This document shows positions 1 through 11,400 of a stretch of DNA of 64,000 nt, one piece after another. Numbering within the stretch: position 1 is the first letter of the stretch; the number at the start of each line of letters is the position of its first letter. The stretch is from positions 32,001 to 96,000 of IMG/VR virus record IMGVR_UViG_3300027763_000032; one strand, given 5' to 3'. The notes beneath the pieces were generated by a model. It saw nothing but the letters and a program-made list of their open reading frames with translations, searched no databases and was not told where the DNA came from. This DNA comes from a virus. The translations under genes were made by a program, and so were the position numbers.

Positions 1-2
1 AA

Positions 3-3000
3 AATATTAGTGGAACTGGTTTAAGTGCAGGCACATATGTTGTAGCACAAAGTTCAGGTACACCCGGCGGTGTCGGAGTATATCAATTAAACACTGTTGC
101 TAGTATTCTAACTCCCACATTTACCGCGGCTATTAATAACGGTAGTGGTAGTGCAGGCACTATATTAAATGTTAGCACGGTAGCTAGCGGTACAATTTTA
201 GTTGGCGCAGATATTCAGAAAACTGGTGGGACTGGTGTAACTACTGGGACTACTATTACAGGACAGTTAACTGGTGTAACTGTAGCTACAACTACTGCTA
301 CAGGTACTAGTGGTACTAATATTTTATCTGTAGCCTCAGTAGTAGGTATTATAGTGGGACAACTAGTAACTGGTACTGGCGTTCCTAGCGACACGTATGT
401 TAAAGAAATTAACATGACCGGAATACAACTAGTAGGCAGTAACGGTGCAACTAGAGTATTAACACAGGCAGCAACCGGAGGTAGCTATATATTTGCCACT
501 GCTGGGGGCCAAGGTACATACTCAGTAGATGTAAGCCAATTAGTTACATCGGGAGAGATGAAAGCATCGTTTGTAGCAATTCCAGGAATATTTGGACCTG
601 CTAGTGCTACACGTATTTTCCCAACAGAAAAACTATATAACCCTACGTTGGTGCAAGATAATACAATTACTATCCGTACTGGTTTAAGTGCAGGCGAACC
701 TGCAGACATTATTATTAATATTAGTACTTGCCGAGTTACCGGACATGACTTCAGTGATATCGGTACTGGTGGTTATAACCAAACTAACTATCCAAACAAA
801 GTTTACGGAGTTGGCAAGGCAAAGAATCAAAAGAAAGAAGTTGCTGAACGTGGAACAGGTCGTGTATTCTGGGTTGCCACTGACCAAGACGGTTTCTTCC
901 GTGTAGGTCGATTCTTTACAGTTGATCAGGGTACTGGTACAGTTACATTTGCGGCGTCATTGGCATTGAGTAACTTAGATGGTTTAGGATTTAAACGTGG
1001 TCGTGCTATTTCTGAGTTCTCAGACGATGATACTTTCCAAGATTTATCAGATACTAAAGTTCCAACAGAAAATGCCATTGACGGTTATATAAATCGTCGA
1101 CTAGGTATTGATCGTAACAACATTATTATCAGTGAGGGAACATTAGGAGCAGGATTCTTAGATCGTAATGGTATTCTAGAAATGAATGCCAACCTAAGAC
1201 TAGGTGGTCGCTATATTGAAAACTTAGGCGAAATTACATCAACTACCCCATTCAACTACGCTGTTACAAAACGATATGTCGATAATCAACAATTGTCAGA
1301 TGAATTTGTTGATGTCGATGGTCGTCTTAATAACGATCTATTAATATACAATAGTGATAGGATAACAGGGCCAGAATGGGTAAATGCTAGGAGTTCAAGT
1401 TTTAATAGTCAAATATATGTCGAACTGATTGCTGATAAAGAACTTGACATCCGTGTTAAACGTGAAACTATTAGTGATAGTCAAATTAAAGAAGATGCTA
1501 ATATATCACAGAATAAACTTGATCTTAATGTTGCTAATGAACAACGAGATCAAGGTGTATTGTTATCTAGCGTACAGTTGTCTAGTGGATATACAGTGGC
1601 CACTGCAGATGCACCTACAGGTAAATCGCCGCATTGGTTAGTTAAACTATCTGTAGGTGGGGACCCTACACTATTATCAAACAATATTTGGTATACAGTT
1701 TCTGGAAACAGTAACTTAAACTACAACGGTAAGTTCTTCTGTGTAAGCTCTAGTCTACGAGTTGGCGGCGCAAACGCCTATGTAATATTAGAGTATCCAG
1801 AGAATCCAGGAGTATTTGGTGGCACTACTACTACAGTAACTCCGTGGGAGACAACAATCACTAGTCAGCTAGACCATGGATTAGTTGCTGGTGATAATGT
1901 CTTAATAACTAATTCTGGTGTGGCGGCAGTCAGCGTAGATGCCAACGGTACTATCAATAGCCGTCAATTGACATTGACCGTACAAACTAGCGGCATTGGT
2001 ACAGGTCAATTGGTGACTGGTACTGGCGTACCGGCCAATACCTATGTAGCTTCTATTGATGGCGCTAATGTAACCTTAACTGAAAAGTTGACTACAACCG
2101 GTTCAGGTTCATACTCGTTCGCTAGTAACATTAATGGTAACTGGCTGGTAAAATCTGTTCCGACTACTAGTTCGTTTGTAATATCTCTCGATACAAGAAT
2201 ATCAGGCGTATTTACATTAACAACTGCACGGGCAACTAAGTTAGGCTTGTCAACATTTAACAACAGTCAATTTGCAGTTACAAATGGTTTTGCTTCTTTA
2301 GAAACGAGTTTAACTGACTCAGTAACAGCAACTATCAATGCTAACAGTAATATTGTAACTATTTCAAGTAGTGACATGACTAAAATTAACATTGGTTCTG
2401 TAATTACTATTAGATCAGGCGGTAGTTTAGTAACTGTACCAACAACTGCATTAGCTAACCCAACTGGCATCGACAACAGCGTTCAACCACGACCAATGAC
2501 TGTGACTGCCATTACTAGTGCTACTACATTTACTGTGTCAGTGGCATTTAGCGGAACTGGCTCGGCAGCAACTGCTATCTTAAATGTTATATTAGGCGTA
2601 CCACTATCTAGCATTCAACAAATTGAAACAGATAGCATTGTCGGTAATCTAAGCGGTACTAGAACTAGTCCTAATACAGTAACTACAGGACAGATTGTCA
2701 AAGCTGGTGATGGTATTAAGAACATACAGTTTAATGATGCGCTATTGGCCGATGTAGCTGTACGTGGTATTATGAGTGTGATGGCTATTGATACTAATAA
2801 CCCACACAAGAATACATATGGTGTTTGGAACGTAACTAAAACTGGTGCCGGCAATAGTGTTGTTCGTACAACCAATGAGGGTGCTATAGAAGCTACTCAA
2901 TATATCTTAGACGGACAACGAGCAATTGACAGTTCAAGTGGTGCTAATATTGATTTATATACTCCGGGACAAGCTAAATTCTTAACAGCATCAGGTAACA

Positions 3001-5936
3001 GTGGTGTGGCAGCACAACCAAATATTTCAATTGGTACATTTACAACTTCAGTTAATACATTTGCAACAAGAAACGATAGCGGAGCCATTCGTGTTGATTC
3101 AGTTGCTAACATGTATATAGGTCAAGAAATAGCATTAACCGGAACTCCGTTTGGTGGACTTACTGTTGGAACATACTATATTGTTTCTATAAATTCTCTT
3201 GACAGGACTTTAACGCTCAGCACTAGCGACACATTGTCTCCAGTGTTTGCAGGAACTACTGCGGCAGGATCAATGACTGTTAACGGTACTGCTATTAATC
3301 CAGGTGTACTAAATGGTCAAGTATATGTGCCAAAACTAAAAGCATACGGTACTGTAACCTTTAATCCTGTTAATGCAAATATTAGTTTACAACCTCGTTC
3401 AACAAACGGATCAGACGGTACTATTATCATTTACCCTGCTGTTAATGGTAGCATTAACAATATGGCTGTTGGTGCGTTATCAGAGTCGAGTGGTAAATTT
3501 ACCACTGTTGAAATTACCAGCGTAACTGATGCGGCAAATTCTACAACTGGTCCTTTAAAAGTTGCAGGTGGTGCGGCCATTGCCAAGAAACTATTTGTAG
3601 GAGGTAACTTTGAAGTTACGGGAGATGCGTTAGTAACTGGCAACTTAACCGTTAAGGGTGTAACTACTACTGTTAATTCAAATACAGTTAATATTGCTGA
3701 CAAGAATATTGTTCTAGCAGGCGTAACTACTTCACCAAAAATTGGCGGTGATATTGATGCTAGCGGTATTATAACAAATATGCTTGCTGAAAATGCATTG
3801 GCAATTACTGGTCTAATCCCAGGAATGATTGTTACTCAAGACGGAGCAACTGGTCCAACTAACAATGCATCAATAAGTGGCGGTGTTGCGACTATTGCTG
3901 AAGTGTTCAGCGCAACTAGTATACGAATTACACTATCAGCGGGAGCTATTGGTGCAGGTAAGATAATATTTACAGCGGCAGGCGGTAATGATACAACTGG
4001 TGACGGTGGTGGTATTACTGTCAAAGCGGCCGCTAATAAGACACTAATATGGGTTGCCGCAACTAACCGTTGGACAACTAATGTTGGATTTGAAACTCCG
4101 GACATTACTGTAACCAACGGGTTTGGTGCAGACACTGTTACTACTAAGATATTAAACGCAAACGATACAATAACATTAGGTAATAATACTTTTGAGATCA
4201 ATAATACTGATACGATTACTACCAATGCTTATTTTGTAGCAGGAAACCAATTAAAAACAGCCAAACTAAACGGTAATACACTATCAATGTCAGCGTGGGA
4301 CGTTGATGCAAATGGGTATGTAGATTTAGTTAAACTAACAGCGGCCAACTTGCCTAAGTTAACAATTACTTCAACAGATGTTGGTAACTTAGATAACATC
4401 GATGTCGGTATCAACACTAGAGGTAGTGGTAAGTTTACAACACTATTTGCTAACAATACTGCTACATTTGAAGCCGCAGTTACAATGACTGCTGTCAATA
4501 AAGATGTGACATTTAGCCCAACAGGTACTGGTCTTGTTAAATTAGAACCTGCGGCTTCATTAAGTTTAAAATCAACTGCATCAACTGTTACTATTTCTTC
4601 ATATAACACAGGTAATATGGATGGCGTTGCAATTGGTGTTAACAATGCCAAAGATGGTACATTTGTAAACTTAGTTGCTGGTACCTCAGCATCTTTTGGG
4701 TCTGGAGTAGGTACCGCAAGTACAAGCAAAATAACTGGTACTGTAAAAATTATAGGCGGACTTGGTGTAACTGGGGCTATCTGGGCAACAAGTATCAACG
4801 CGGCAATCACAGGTGACCTAGACGGTACTGCTGACAAGGCAAAGAAAGTACAAACTCGAGATTCAGCTGACTCAGCAAGTACTCATTATGTAACACTTGT
4901 TAATGCTAATAATCCTAATGGTACTCCAACAGACATGACTGTCTTTACTGATGGAGGAATGAGTTACGTTCCGAGTACTAATACCCTAACAGTTGACAAC
5001 GTTACAGGTACTGCTAGTAGGGCAACAAACTTAACAGGTGGCGTGTTAGGATCAATTCATTATCAATCAGCGGCAAACACATCAGCAATTTTAGCACCAA
5101 ATATCACTACAACTGCTAGATATTTAAAATCAGTCGGCGACGGTTCAAACGGCGTTGCTCCTTCTTGGACACAGATTGCATCAGCTGACATTTCAGATTT
5201 AAGTACTACTATTAGTAATGCTCTTGGATCCGGGCAAAATATTAGTGCTAATGCGGCAAGTGCTGACAAGTGGAAAACTGCACGTACAATTACATTTACT
5301 GGTGGTGCTACTGGCAGCGTATCGATAGATGGTAGTACTAACGTTAGTTGTGCATTGACATTAGGTGCGGCGGCGGCTGATACAGTAAAAGTTAAAGATG
5401 AGGGTGGTGCAAGCACTACAAGATATGTAACATTTACCAGTCAAGGCGCCGACGGTGCACAGGCTGCTATAGGCATTGACGGTGACTTAACATACAAGCC
5501 AAGTACAAATACATTAACGGCTAGTGTCTTTGCAGGTACTGCTACTACCGCCAACTATGGTGACTTAGCTGAAAAATATCTAGCAGATGCAGAATATGAA
5601 GAAGGAACAGTACTAGTGTTTGGTGGAGAACACGAAGTAACTCAAAGTACCATCTTTAACGATCGCAGAGTTGCTGGTGTTATATCGTTAAAAGCCGCAC
5701 ATACTATGAACAACTCGTTAGTAGGTGATCATGTAGCAGTTGTCGCTCTACAGGGGCGTGTGCCAGTTAAGGTCATTGGCCGTGTGCAAAAAGGCGACAT
5801 TCTAGTATCAAGTGGTAAACCAGGATATGCGATTGTTAACAACGATCCAAAAGTTGGTACCGTTATTGGTAAGTCATTAGCAGTAAAAACAACAGACGGC
5901 GAAGGCGTTGTCGAAGCTGTTGTAGGTAAACATTAA
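3..5936 (+). CDS. Giant tail fibre / structural protein, 5'-truncated by the window edge; C-terminal intramolecular-chaperone (Peptidase G2-like) domain
   Basis: Frame is open from base 3 to the ORF-track start at 354. G/T/S/N/V-rich beta-strand repeats (GQLVTGTGVPxxTYV twice). C-terminus YGDLAEKYLADAEYEEGTVL...VALQGRVPVKV...VEAVVG. Confidence 0.8.
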   Translation, partial: NISGTGLSAGTYVVAQSSGTPGGVGVYQLNTVASILTPTFTAAINNGSGSAGTILNVSTVASGTILVGADIQKTGGTGVTTGTTITGQLTGVTVATTTATGTSGTNILSVASVVGIIVGQLVTGTGVPSDTYVKEINMTGIQLVGSNGATRVLTQAATGGSYIFATAGGQGTYSVDVSQLVTSGEMKASFVAIPGIFGPASATRIFPTEKLYNPTLVQDNTITIRTGLSAGEPADIIINISTCRVTGHDFSDIGTGGYNQTNYPNKVYGVGKAKNQKKEVAERGTGRVFWVATDQDGFFRVGRFFTVDQGTGTVTFAASLALSNLDGLGFKRGRAISEFSDDDTFQDLSDTKVPTENAIDGYINRRLGIDRNNIIISEGTLGAGFLDRNGILEMNANLRLGGRYIENLGEITSTTPFNYAVTKRYVDNQQLSDEFVDVDGRLNNDLLIYNSDRITGPEWVNARSSSFNSQIYVELIADKELDIRVKRETISDSQIKEDANISQNKLDLNVANEQRDQGVLLSSVQLSSGYTVATADAPTGKSPHWLVKLSVGGDPTLLSNNIWYTVSGNSNLNYNGKFFCVSSSLRVGGANAYVILEYPENPGVFGGTTTTVTPWETTITSQLDHGLVAGDNVLITNSGVAAVSVDANGTINSRQLTLTVQTSGIGTGQLVTGTGVPANTYVASIDGANVTLTEKLTTTGSGSYSFASNINGNWLVKSVPTTSSFVISLDTRISGVFTLTTARATKLGLSTFNNSQFAVTNGFASLETSLTDSVTATINANSNIVTISSSDMTKINIGSVITIRSGGSLVTVPTTALANPTGIDNSVQPRPMTVTAITSATTFTVSVAFSGTGSAATAILNVILGVPLSSIQQIETDSIVGNLSGTRTSPNTVTTGQIVKAGDGIKNIQFNDALLADVAVRGIMSVMAIDTNNPHKNTYGVWNVTKTGAGNSVVRTTNEGAIEATQYILDGQRAIDSSSGANIDLYTPGQAKFLTASGNSGVAAQPNISIGTFTTSVNTFATRNDSGAIRVDSVANMYIGQEIALTGTPFGGLTVGTYYIVSINSLDRTLTLSTSDTLSPVFAGTTAAGSMTVNGTAINPGVLNGQVYVPKLKAYGTVTFNPVNANISLQPRSTNGSDGTIIIYPAVNGSINNMAVGALSESSGKFTTVEITSVTDAANSTTGPLKVAGGAAIAKKLFVGGNFEVTGDALVTGNLTVKGVTTTVNSNTVNIADKNIVLAGVTTSPKIGGDIDASGIITNMLAENALAITGLIPGMIVTQDGATGPTNNASISGGVATIAEVFSATSIRITLSAGAIGAGKIIFTAAGGNDTTGDGGGITVKAAANKTLIWVAATNRWTTNVGFETPDITVTNGFGADTVTTKILNANDTITLGNNTFEINNTDTITTNAYFVAGNQLKTAKLNGNTLSMSAWDVDANGYVDLVKLTAANLPKLTITSTDVGNLDNIDVGINTRGSGKFTTLFANNTATFEAAVTMTAVNKDVTFSPTGTGLVKLEPAASLSLKSTASTVTISSYNTGNMDGVAIGVNNAKDGTFVNLVAGTSASFGSGVGTASTSKITGTVKIIGGLGVTGAIWATSINAAITGDLDGTADKAKKVQTRDSADSASTHYVTLVNANNPNGTPTDMTVFTDGGMSYVPSTNTLTVDNVTGTASRATNLTGGVLGSIHYQSAANTSAILAPNITTTARYLKSVGDGSNGVAPSWTQIASADISDLSTTISNALGSGQNISANAASADKWKTARTITFTGGATGSVSIDGSTNVSCALTLGAAAADTVKVKDEGGASTTRYVTFTSQGADGAQAAIGIDGDLTYKPSTNTLTASVFAGTATTANYGDLAEKYLADAEYEEGTVLVFGGEHEVTQSTIFNDRRVAGVISLKAAHTMNNSLVGDHVAVVALQGRVPVKVIGRVQKGDILVSSGKPGYAIVNNDPKVGTVIGKSLAVKTTDGEGVVEAVVGKH

Positions 5937-5947
5937 AGGAAACAACT

Positions 5948-6742
5948 ATGCCAGTTCCATTTGAAATTCAAGACAATCTTGTTAACGTTGGGCAAGTTGC
6001 CAACGACGGTACAGGTGACGATCTTAGAGAAGCATTTTTAAAAATCAACGGAAACTTTCTATATCTAGGTAATAGATTGGGAACAGATCCCAGTGGTGCT
6101 AACGTAGGCACTACCGGAGAATCAGTTTTTAAAGAAGTTGTAGATTTTCAATATCGATTTAGAAAGATTGATGCTGACGGTAATCTACGTGTAAGACTTG
6201 TAGGCGATGTTGTTACCTTAGACTTTAGACCTAATGGTGCTGTTAACTTCCAGGGACAGGCTATTACTAATGCTGGCGCTGTAACTGCTACAAGTTTTAC
6301 AGGACCGTTAACTGGTAATGTTACAGGAACAGTAACCGGCAATGCTGGATCTGTTACAAACGGCGTTTACACTACGGGCGACCAAACAATAGGCGGGGTT
6401 AAGACATTTACTAGCACAATTACTGGAAGTGTTACTGGCAATGCAGGTACGGTTACTAATGGTGTTTATACCCAAGGCAATCAAACAATTGACGGATTTA
6501 AAACATTTACACAACCTATAACAGGGCTACTATCCGGTAACGTAACCGGTTTAATTAGAAGCCCTAACCAAACTGCTTACGTGGATGTAAGTAACCTAGA
6601 AAGACGAATAAATACATTCGACTACGGAGTTATCAATCCAGTGTTTGTGGATCCTATAAGCTACTATTTGTATGCAGTAGGAACAGATATGGGCACATTC
6701 AATAACCCTAGCGACTTTGGCATAGACGCTGGAACTATATAA
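5948..6742 (+). CDS. Baseplate/short-fibre protein with T4 gp9/gp10-like N-terminus
   Basis: N-terminal VNVGQVANDGTGDDLREAFLKINGNF motif typical of T4-like baseplate wedge/fibre-socket proteins; internal 33-aa tandem repeat. Confidence 0.6.
   Translation: MPVPFEIQDNLVNVGQVANDGTGDDLREAFLKINGNFLYLGNRLGTDPSGANVGTTGESVFKEVVDFQYRFRKIDADGNLRVRLVGDVVTLDFRPNGAVNFQGQAITNAGAVTATSFTGPLTGNVTGTVTGNAGSVTNGVYTTGDQTIGGVKTFTSTITGSVTGNAGTVTNGVYTQGNQTIDGFKTFTQPITGLLSGNVTGLIRSPNQTAYVDVSNLERRINTFDYGVINPVFVDPISYYLYAVGTDMGTFNNPSDFGIDAGTI
6341..6538 (+). repeat. Two degenerate 99-bp (33-aa) tandem coding repeats
   Basis: NAGSVTNGVYTTGDQTIGGVKTFT at 6341 and NAGTVTNGVYTQGNQTIDGFKTFT at 6440. Confidence 0.85.
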
Positions 6743-6753
6743 CGGAGAATAAA

Positions 6754-8457
6754 ATGGCATTACAAATTAGACGCGGACCAACAGCAGACAGAACAACTAA
6801 GAGATTTGTCGAAGGCGAGCTTGTTTACGATACACAAGAAAAAGCACTTTATGTTGGCGATAGTACCGATGGCGGTGTTACTGGAACATTAGGCGGAAAG
6901 GCTGCATCGTCTTATACTGACGAACGAGCAGTTGACGCAGTGGGTGCGGCTCTTGTTGCTGGTACTGGAAATGTTGTCTTTACCTATGGCACTACGCAAG
7001 ATAATGCAAATAGAATAGATGCAACTGTTACATTAGATGGTATTGGTTTGTTGAATGTTGTAGAAGATACAACACCACAACTAGGCGGTAACTTAGATTT
7101 AAATAGTCGCGATATTACAGGCACTGGAAATGTTAACATTACCGGAACAGTAACTGCCACAGGGTTTACAGGACCATTAACTGGTAATGCCTCAACAGTT
7201 ACTAACGGAATATATGCTGGACAGAAATTTTATGTTGGTACTACAGAAATTGATATTCAAAGATCTAGTGCAACTCAAACATTAACTGGAACTAGTATTG
7301 ACGGGAACGCTGGCGGTAATGCGGCAACAGCAACTAAACTTGCCGCTACTAAAAACATTAATGGTGTAGCATTTGATGGAAGTGCTGATGTTACAGTAAT
7401 AACACAAGGCACTGGAGTAACAGTAAGCGGAAGTACTATTAGTATTGGTCAAGCTGTTGCTACAACAAGTGATGTTACATTTAATAATCTAACAGTTAGT
7501 GGTGACTTAACGGTTAACGGAACTACTACTACACTTAATACTACTACATTAGATGTAGAAGATCTCAATATCAACATTGCTAAAAATGCTACAAGTGTTG
7601 GAGCGGCAGATGGTGCAGGTATTACTATTGGTAACTATGCAAATAGTCCAACCCTAACATATCTACAAAGCGGTGATAAAATTGTTATTAATAGACGAGT
7701 TGACGCTACAAGTTTTTATGGTGATGTAACTGGAAATGTTACTGGTAACATTACAGGAAACGTAACTGGTAACGTAACTAGTACAAGTGCTAATTCGTTT
7801 GGAACTGCAACTATTACCGGTGGTGATGGCAGCAACTCTAGTTTACGTCTTGCAGGTTATAATCAACGAGGCGGATTAGGATATCACGGATTTTTAGAAG
7901 TTACAAACACATATAGTTCTGCGGCCAACCCCAACCGATATTTCCGTTTAGACTCGGACGGTGTTTTAGAAATTGTTAATAGTGCATATGGCGCAACTTT
8001 ATTGACGTTAGACAACGATGGGAACATGACAGTTCTTGGAACATTTGAATCTACTGGTAGCATAACTGCTCCTGGATTTAGTGGGCCACTAACTGGTAAT
8101 GTTATTACTAATAGCATTACTAGTGTAACTGTCGGTGGGGCACTGATTATAGCACCAGAAACAACATTTAATGATTATGTTGACGTTGCATTAGATTTGC
8201 TAGTTCTTGGAAGTTCTATTTCAGTTGCAGGGTTTAAAGTTGTTAGTTCAGCTAGTCCTGGATTTACAACTGCGGCTGATTTGACTAATACTAGAGCAAC
8301 ATTTAATGTACCTGTACGTTTTGGCAGCTATACAACTACACAAAGAAACGCATTAACTCCAGGCAACGGTGATGTAATTTATTGTACAGACAGTGGTCCG
8401 GGCGGCATTGGTCAGTTCTTGGGCTATGCAAATGGTGCTTGGGTATCGCTAAGTTAA
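6754..8457 (+). CDS. Tail fibre-like structural protein
   Basis: MALQIRRG...EGELVYDT N-terminus, LGGNLDLN and TGNVTG repeats; shares modules with the other fibre genes. Confidence 0.7.
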   Translation: MALQIRRGPTADRTTKRFVEGELVYDTQEKALYVGDSTDGGVTGTLGGKAASSYTDERAVDAVGAALVAGTGNVVFTYGTTQDNANRIDATVTLDGIGLLNVVEDTTPQLGGNLDLNSRDITGTGNVNITGTVTATGFTGPLTGNASTVTNGIYAGQKFYVGTTEIDIQRSSATQTLTGTSIDGNAGGNAATATKLAATKNINGVAFDGSADVTVITQGTGVTVSGSTISIGQAVATTSDVTFNNLTVSGDLTVNGTTTTLNTTTLDVEDLNINIAKNATSVGAADGAGITIGNYANSPTLTYLQSGDKIVINRRVDATSFYGDVTGNVTGNITGNVTGNVTSTSANSFGTATITGGDGSNSSLRLAGYNQRGGLGYHGFLEVTNTYSSAANPNRYFRLDSDGVLEIVNSAYGATLLTLDNDGNMTVLGTFESTGSITAPGFSGPLTGNVITNSITSVTVGGALIIAPETTFNDYVDVALDLLVLGSSISVAGFKVVSSASPGFTTAADLTNTRATFNVPVRFGSYTTTQRNALTPGNGDVIYCTDSGPGGIGQFLGYANGAWVSLS

Positions 8458-8460
8458 CAA

Positions 8461-8466
8461 TAAATA
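8461..8466 (+). promoter_or_regulatory. T4-like late promoter core (TAAATA)
   Basis: aaTAAATA in the intergenic gap 20 nt before the ATG at 8486; the same motif recurs before other structural genes. Confidence 0.6.
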
Positions 8467-8485
8467 CAGCATATAGGATAATAAT

Positions 8486-11400
8486 ATGCTGAATATATGG
8501 AGCGTAAAGTCTGGGCACTCACTTGGATCCCTACAAGAAGGTAGGGTATTTAAGGATATCCACGGGACGGACAATCGCATACCTCTACCGCTGATTAACG
8601 GCGCCGACTTATCTAATGTGACTTTTAGTTTGATCTCGGGTAAATTACCCCAAGGTCTTAGATTAATAGATCATTATATTTCAGGATCACCCTACGAAGT
8701 TGTTAGGTCAACTGTGTCAACATTTGTTATCCGAGCGCAAAACTTAGTTACTAAAGAAATATCAGATCGTACCTTGTCAATTACAGTTGAAGGTGCAGAT
8801 GCTCCAAGATGGGTTACTACAGAAGGCACATTGCCTGTTGGGGCATTGCCTTATAGAATAGCACGTATTATTAGTGCATCAAGATACAATAACATTGTTA
8901 CCCTTACAACTGATAAGGCGCATGATTTTGTTTTTGATAACATAATCTCAGTAACTAGTTCTTTGAATGATATCAACAATGATAAAATAAAAGTTTTACG
9001 TCCAGGATTTTCTGGAGTTGAAACTCCCGATGAATACATTTATAGAATATCACATACTATAACCTATAGAGACGTAGGTATTAATTTTGGCACTAGATCT
9101 GTAACAGGTACTGTGCAGTTATTAAAAGCGCCTCTGACATTTGTATTAGACGGATCCTACATTGATTTTCAATTACTAGCGACTGATACTGATCTACGAG
9201 CAGGGGATGAGTTAGAGTTTTTTATTGAAGACAAAAGCGGACAACTTCCACCTGGCCTAACATTAAGTAGAAGCGGACGCATTACTGGATTTATTGATCC
9301 TATTCTTGCACTAGACATCACAGCTCGAGACGGAACATTCGACGTTAACACCTTTGATGATTATCCGTATGATTTTGCTCCGTTGCCTAACATTGGTATT
9401 GCAGGATACGAACAAGTACTTACTCCTAAAAAATTAAATAGATTCTATGAATTTATTGTTAGTGTAAGTGACGGCGAAACTATTACCAAACGTACATTTA
9501 AAATATATGTAGTTGGAGATGACTTCTTACGCACAGATAATACCATAATGAAAATTGGTGGCGGTGCTTATATTTCCTATACTTCCGACAGCACCTATCT
9601 ACGTAGCCCAATTTGGTTAAGCGCGGCTAACCTAGGAACTAAACGTGCTAATAATTATGTTACTGTTATACTAGATACATTTGATCCTAATCCAGCAATT
9701 GGGCCAGTTGATTATCGTTTAGAAAAATTTAACCCCGATGGTACTCCAAGCGAGTTGCCGGCAGGTCTAGCACTTGATCCTAGCAACAGCGAAATTTTTG
9801 GTTTTGTTCCTTACCAACCAGCTGTTACAATAAATTATAAATTTACAGTTAGTGCAACAAAGTACGATAAAGAAAATCTTGAACAAATTGAAGTTGAAAT
9901 TGTCAATGCAGAATTAGCGCCAATTGGTCAAAATTATTTAAAAATTAACAAATTACCAACAAGTGATCAACAATTGATCACTAATGACAACATACGAATT
10001 GGTGCTTATACTTACAAGATTAACTCTTACGAAGTGCTGTCTAATCAAGCATATGACACTATTAAATTAGATAAGCCCCTAAAGAATGTAGTTATTAAAA
10101 GTTTTGTTATTGCCAATTCTTATTACAGAGTACTAAGTCAGCTGTATACAACACGTACAAGTTCAAAAACTTTTACCATGCAGGTGCTTGGAGAGATTGA
10201 CAGCGTTATTAGATTCTTAACTCCTGCTAACTTGGGGTCAGTTAGAGCAAACTTATCAAGTCAACTAGAAATACAAGCAGAAACTACAGTAGTTGGTGCG
10301 GTGCTTACTTATAGACAAGTTGGGGGTACATTGCCTCCAGGTGTTGAACTACGTGCCAACGGTGAACTAATTGGCAGGGTTACGCAGTTTGGAAATATTG
10401 TTTATAGGAGTTTTTGGAAGAGTGGAAAACAATATAAAATTAATGATGTTGTAAAATATCAAGATCAATTATATAAGGCCAACTTTGCACATACAAGTAG
10501 TAGTCCTTTTAATATATCTTATTGGGACAAGTATACCTTTAGAAATAATATTACAGGTCTTACAACATATGATAGTAGAACTACTACGTTTGACGGTCGT
10601 ATGGGAACCCAAGACCGATCATATTCATTTACTGTATTAGCACAAGATCAATTTAAGTACAGTGCAATATCCGGAACCTTTACAGTATTTGTAGAAGATC
10701 CCGATGTAAAATTGTTCAGTAATGTTTATGTCAAGCCGTTTCCAACATTGGCAAAAAGAGCAAAATTTTATACGTTTATCAACGACCTAGATATTTTTAC
10801 TGAAAGCAAAATATATCGATCAAGCGATCCAAATTATGGTGTGCAGAAAGAATTGAAAATGTTAATATATGCAGGTATTGAAACACTAGAAATTAAAAAC
10901 TATGTGCCTGCGCTAATTATGAACACCAAACGTAAACGCTTCCGCATTGGCAGTCCAAAGAAGGCCATTGCAAGGAACCAGGGTTCAAACGATACAATAT
11001 ATGAAGTAATATATCTTGAAATTTTTGACGAGTACGAAATTGGAAAACTTAGTCCTGCTCAGGCAATAAAGTTATCATACGGCTCCCGTTCTAAAGTTCA
11101 AGTTAATCAAACTGACATAAATCCAGTTAACGGACGTCTAGATCTTTCTAATAGCAAAATACGCGATAAGTTAAACGACGATACTGTAGATCGATTTCAG
11201 AAAACAGGAGATAGTCTAGGAGCAGACAATACTGTGGTCAAGGCCAGCGGTACAGACGTTGAATATATCTATCCGTCAAGCGTTAGTAACATTAGACGAA
11301 ATATAAAAACATTAGTTGTGGGTAACGGCAGTCCTAGACAAATTGACACAGAAAATAGCTTTTTGCCTCCCTGGATGGTAACTCCGCAAGATTCGAGAAC

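Noticed and set aside
354-356. GTG at 354 as the start of the first gene (likewise TTG at 63725 for the last gene)
   Set aside because: Both frames stay open to the window edge, so the true starts are outside the window
215-5416. Many antisense or alternate-frame ORFs inside the fibre genes, and similar shadows elsewhere
   Set aside because: They are by-products of the biased codon usage of the real gene; no SD, no motifs
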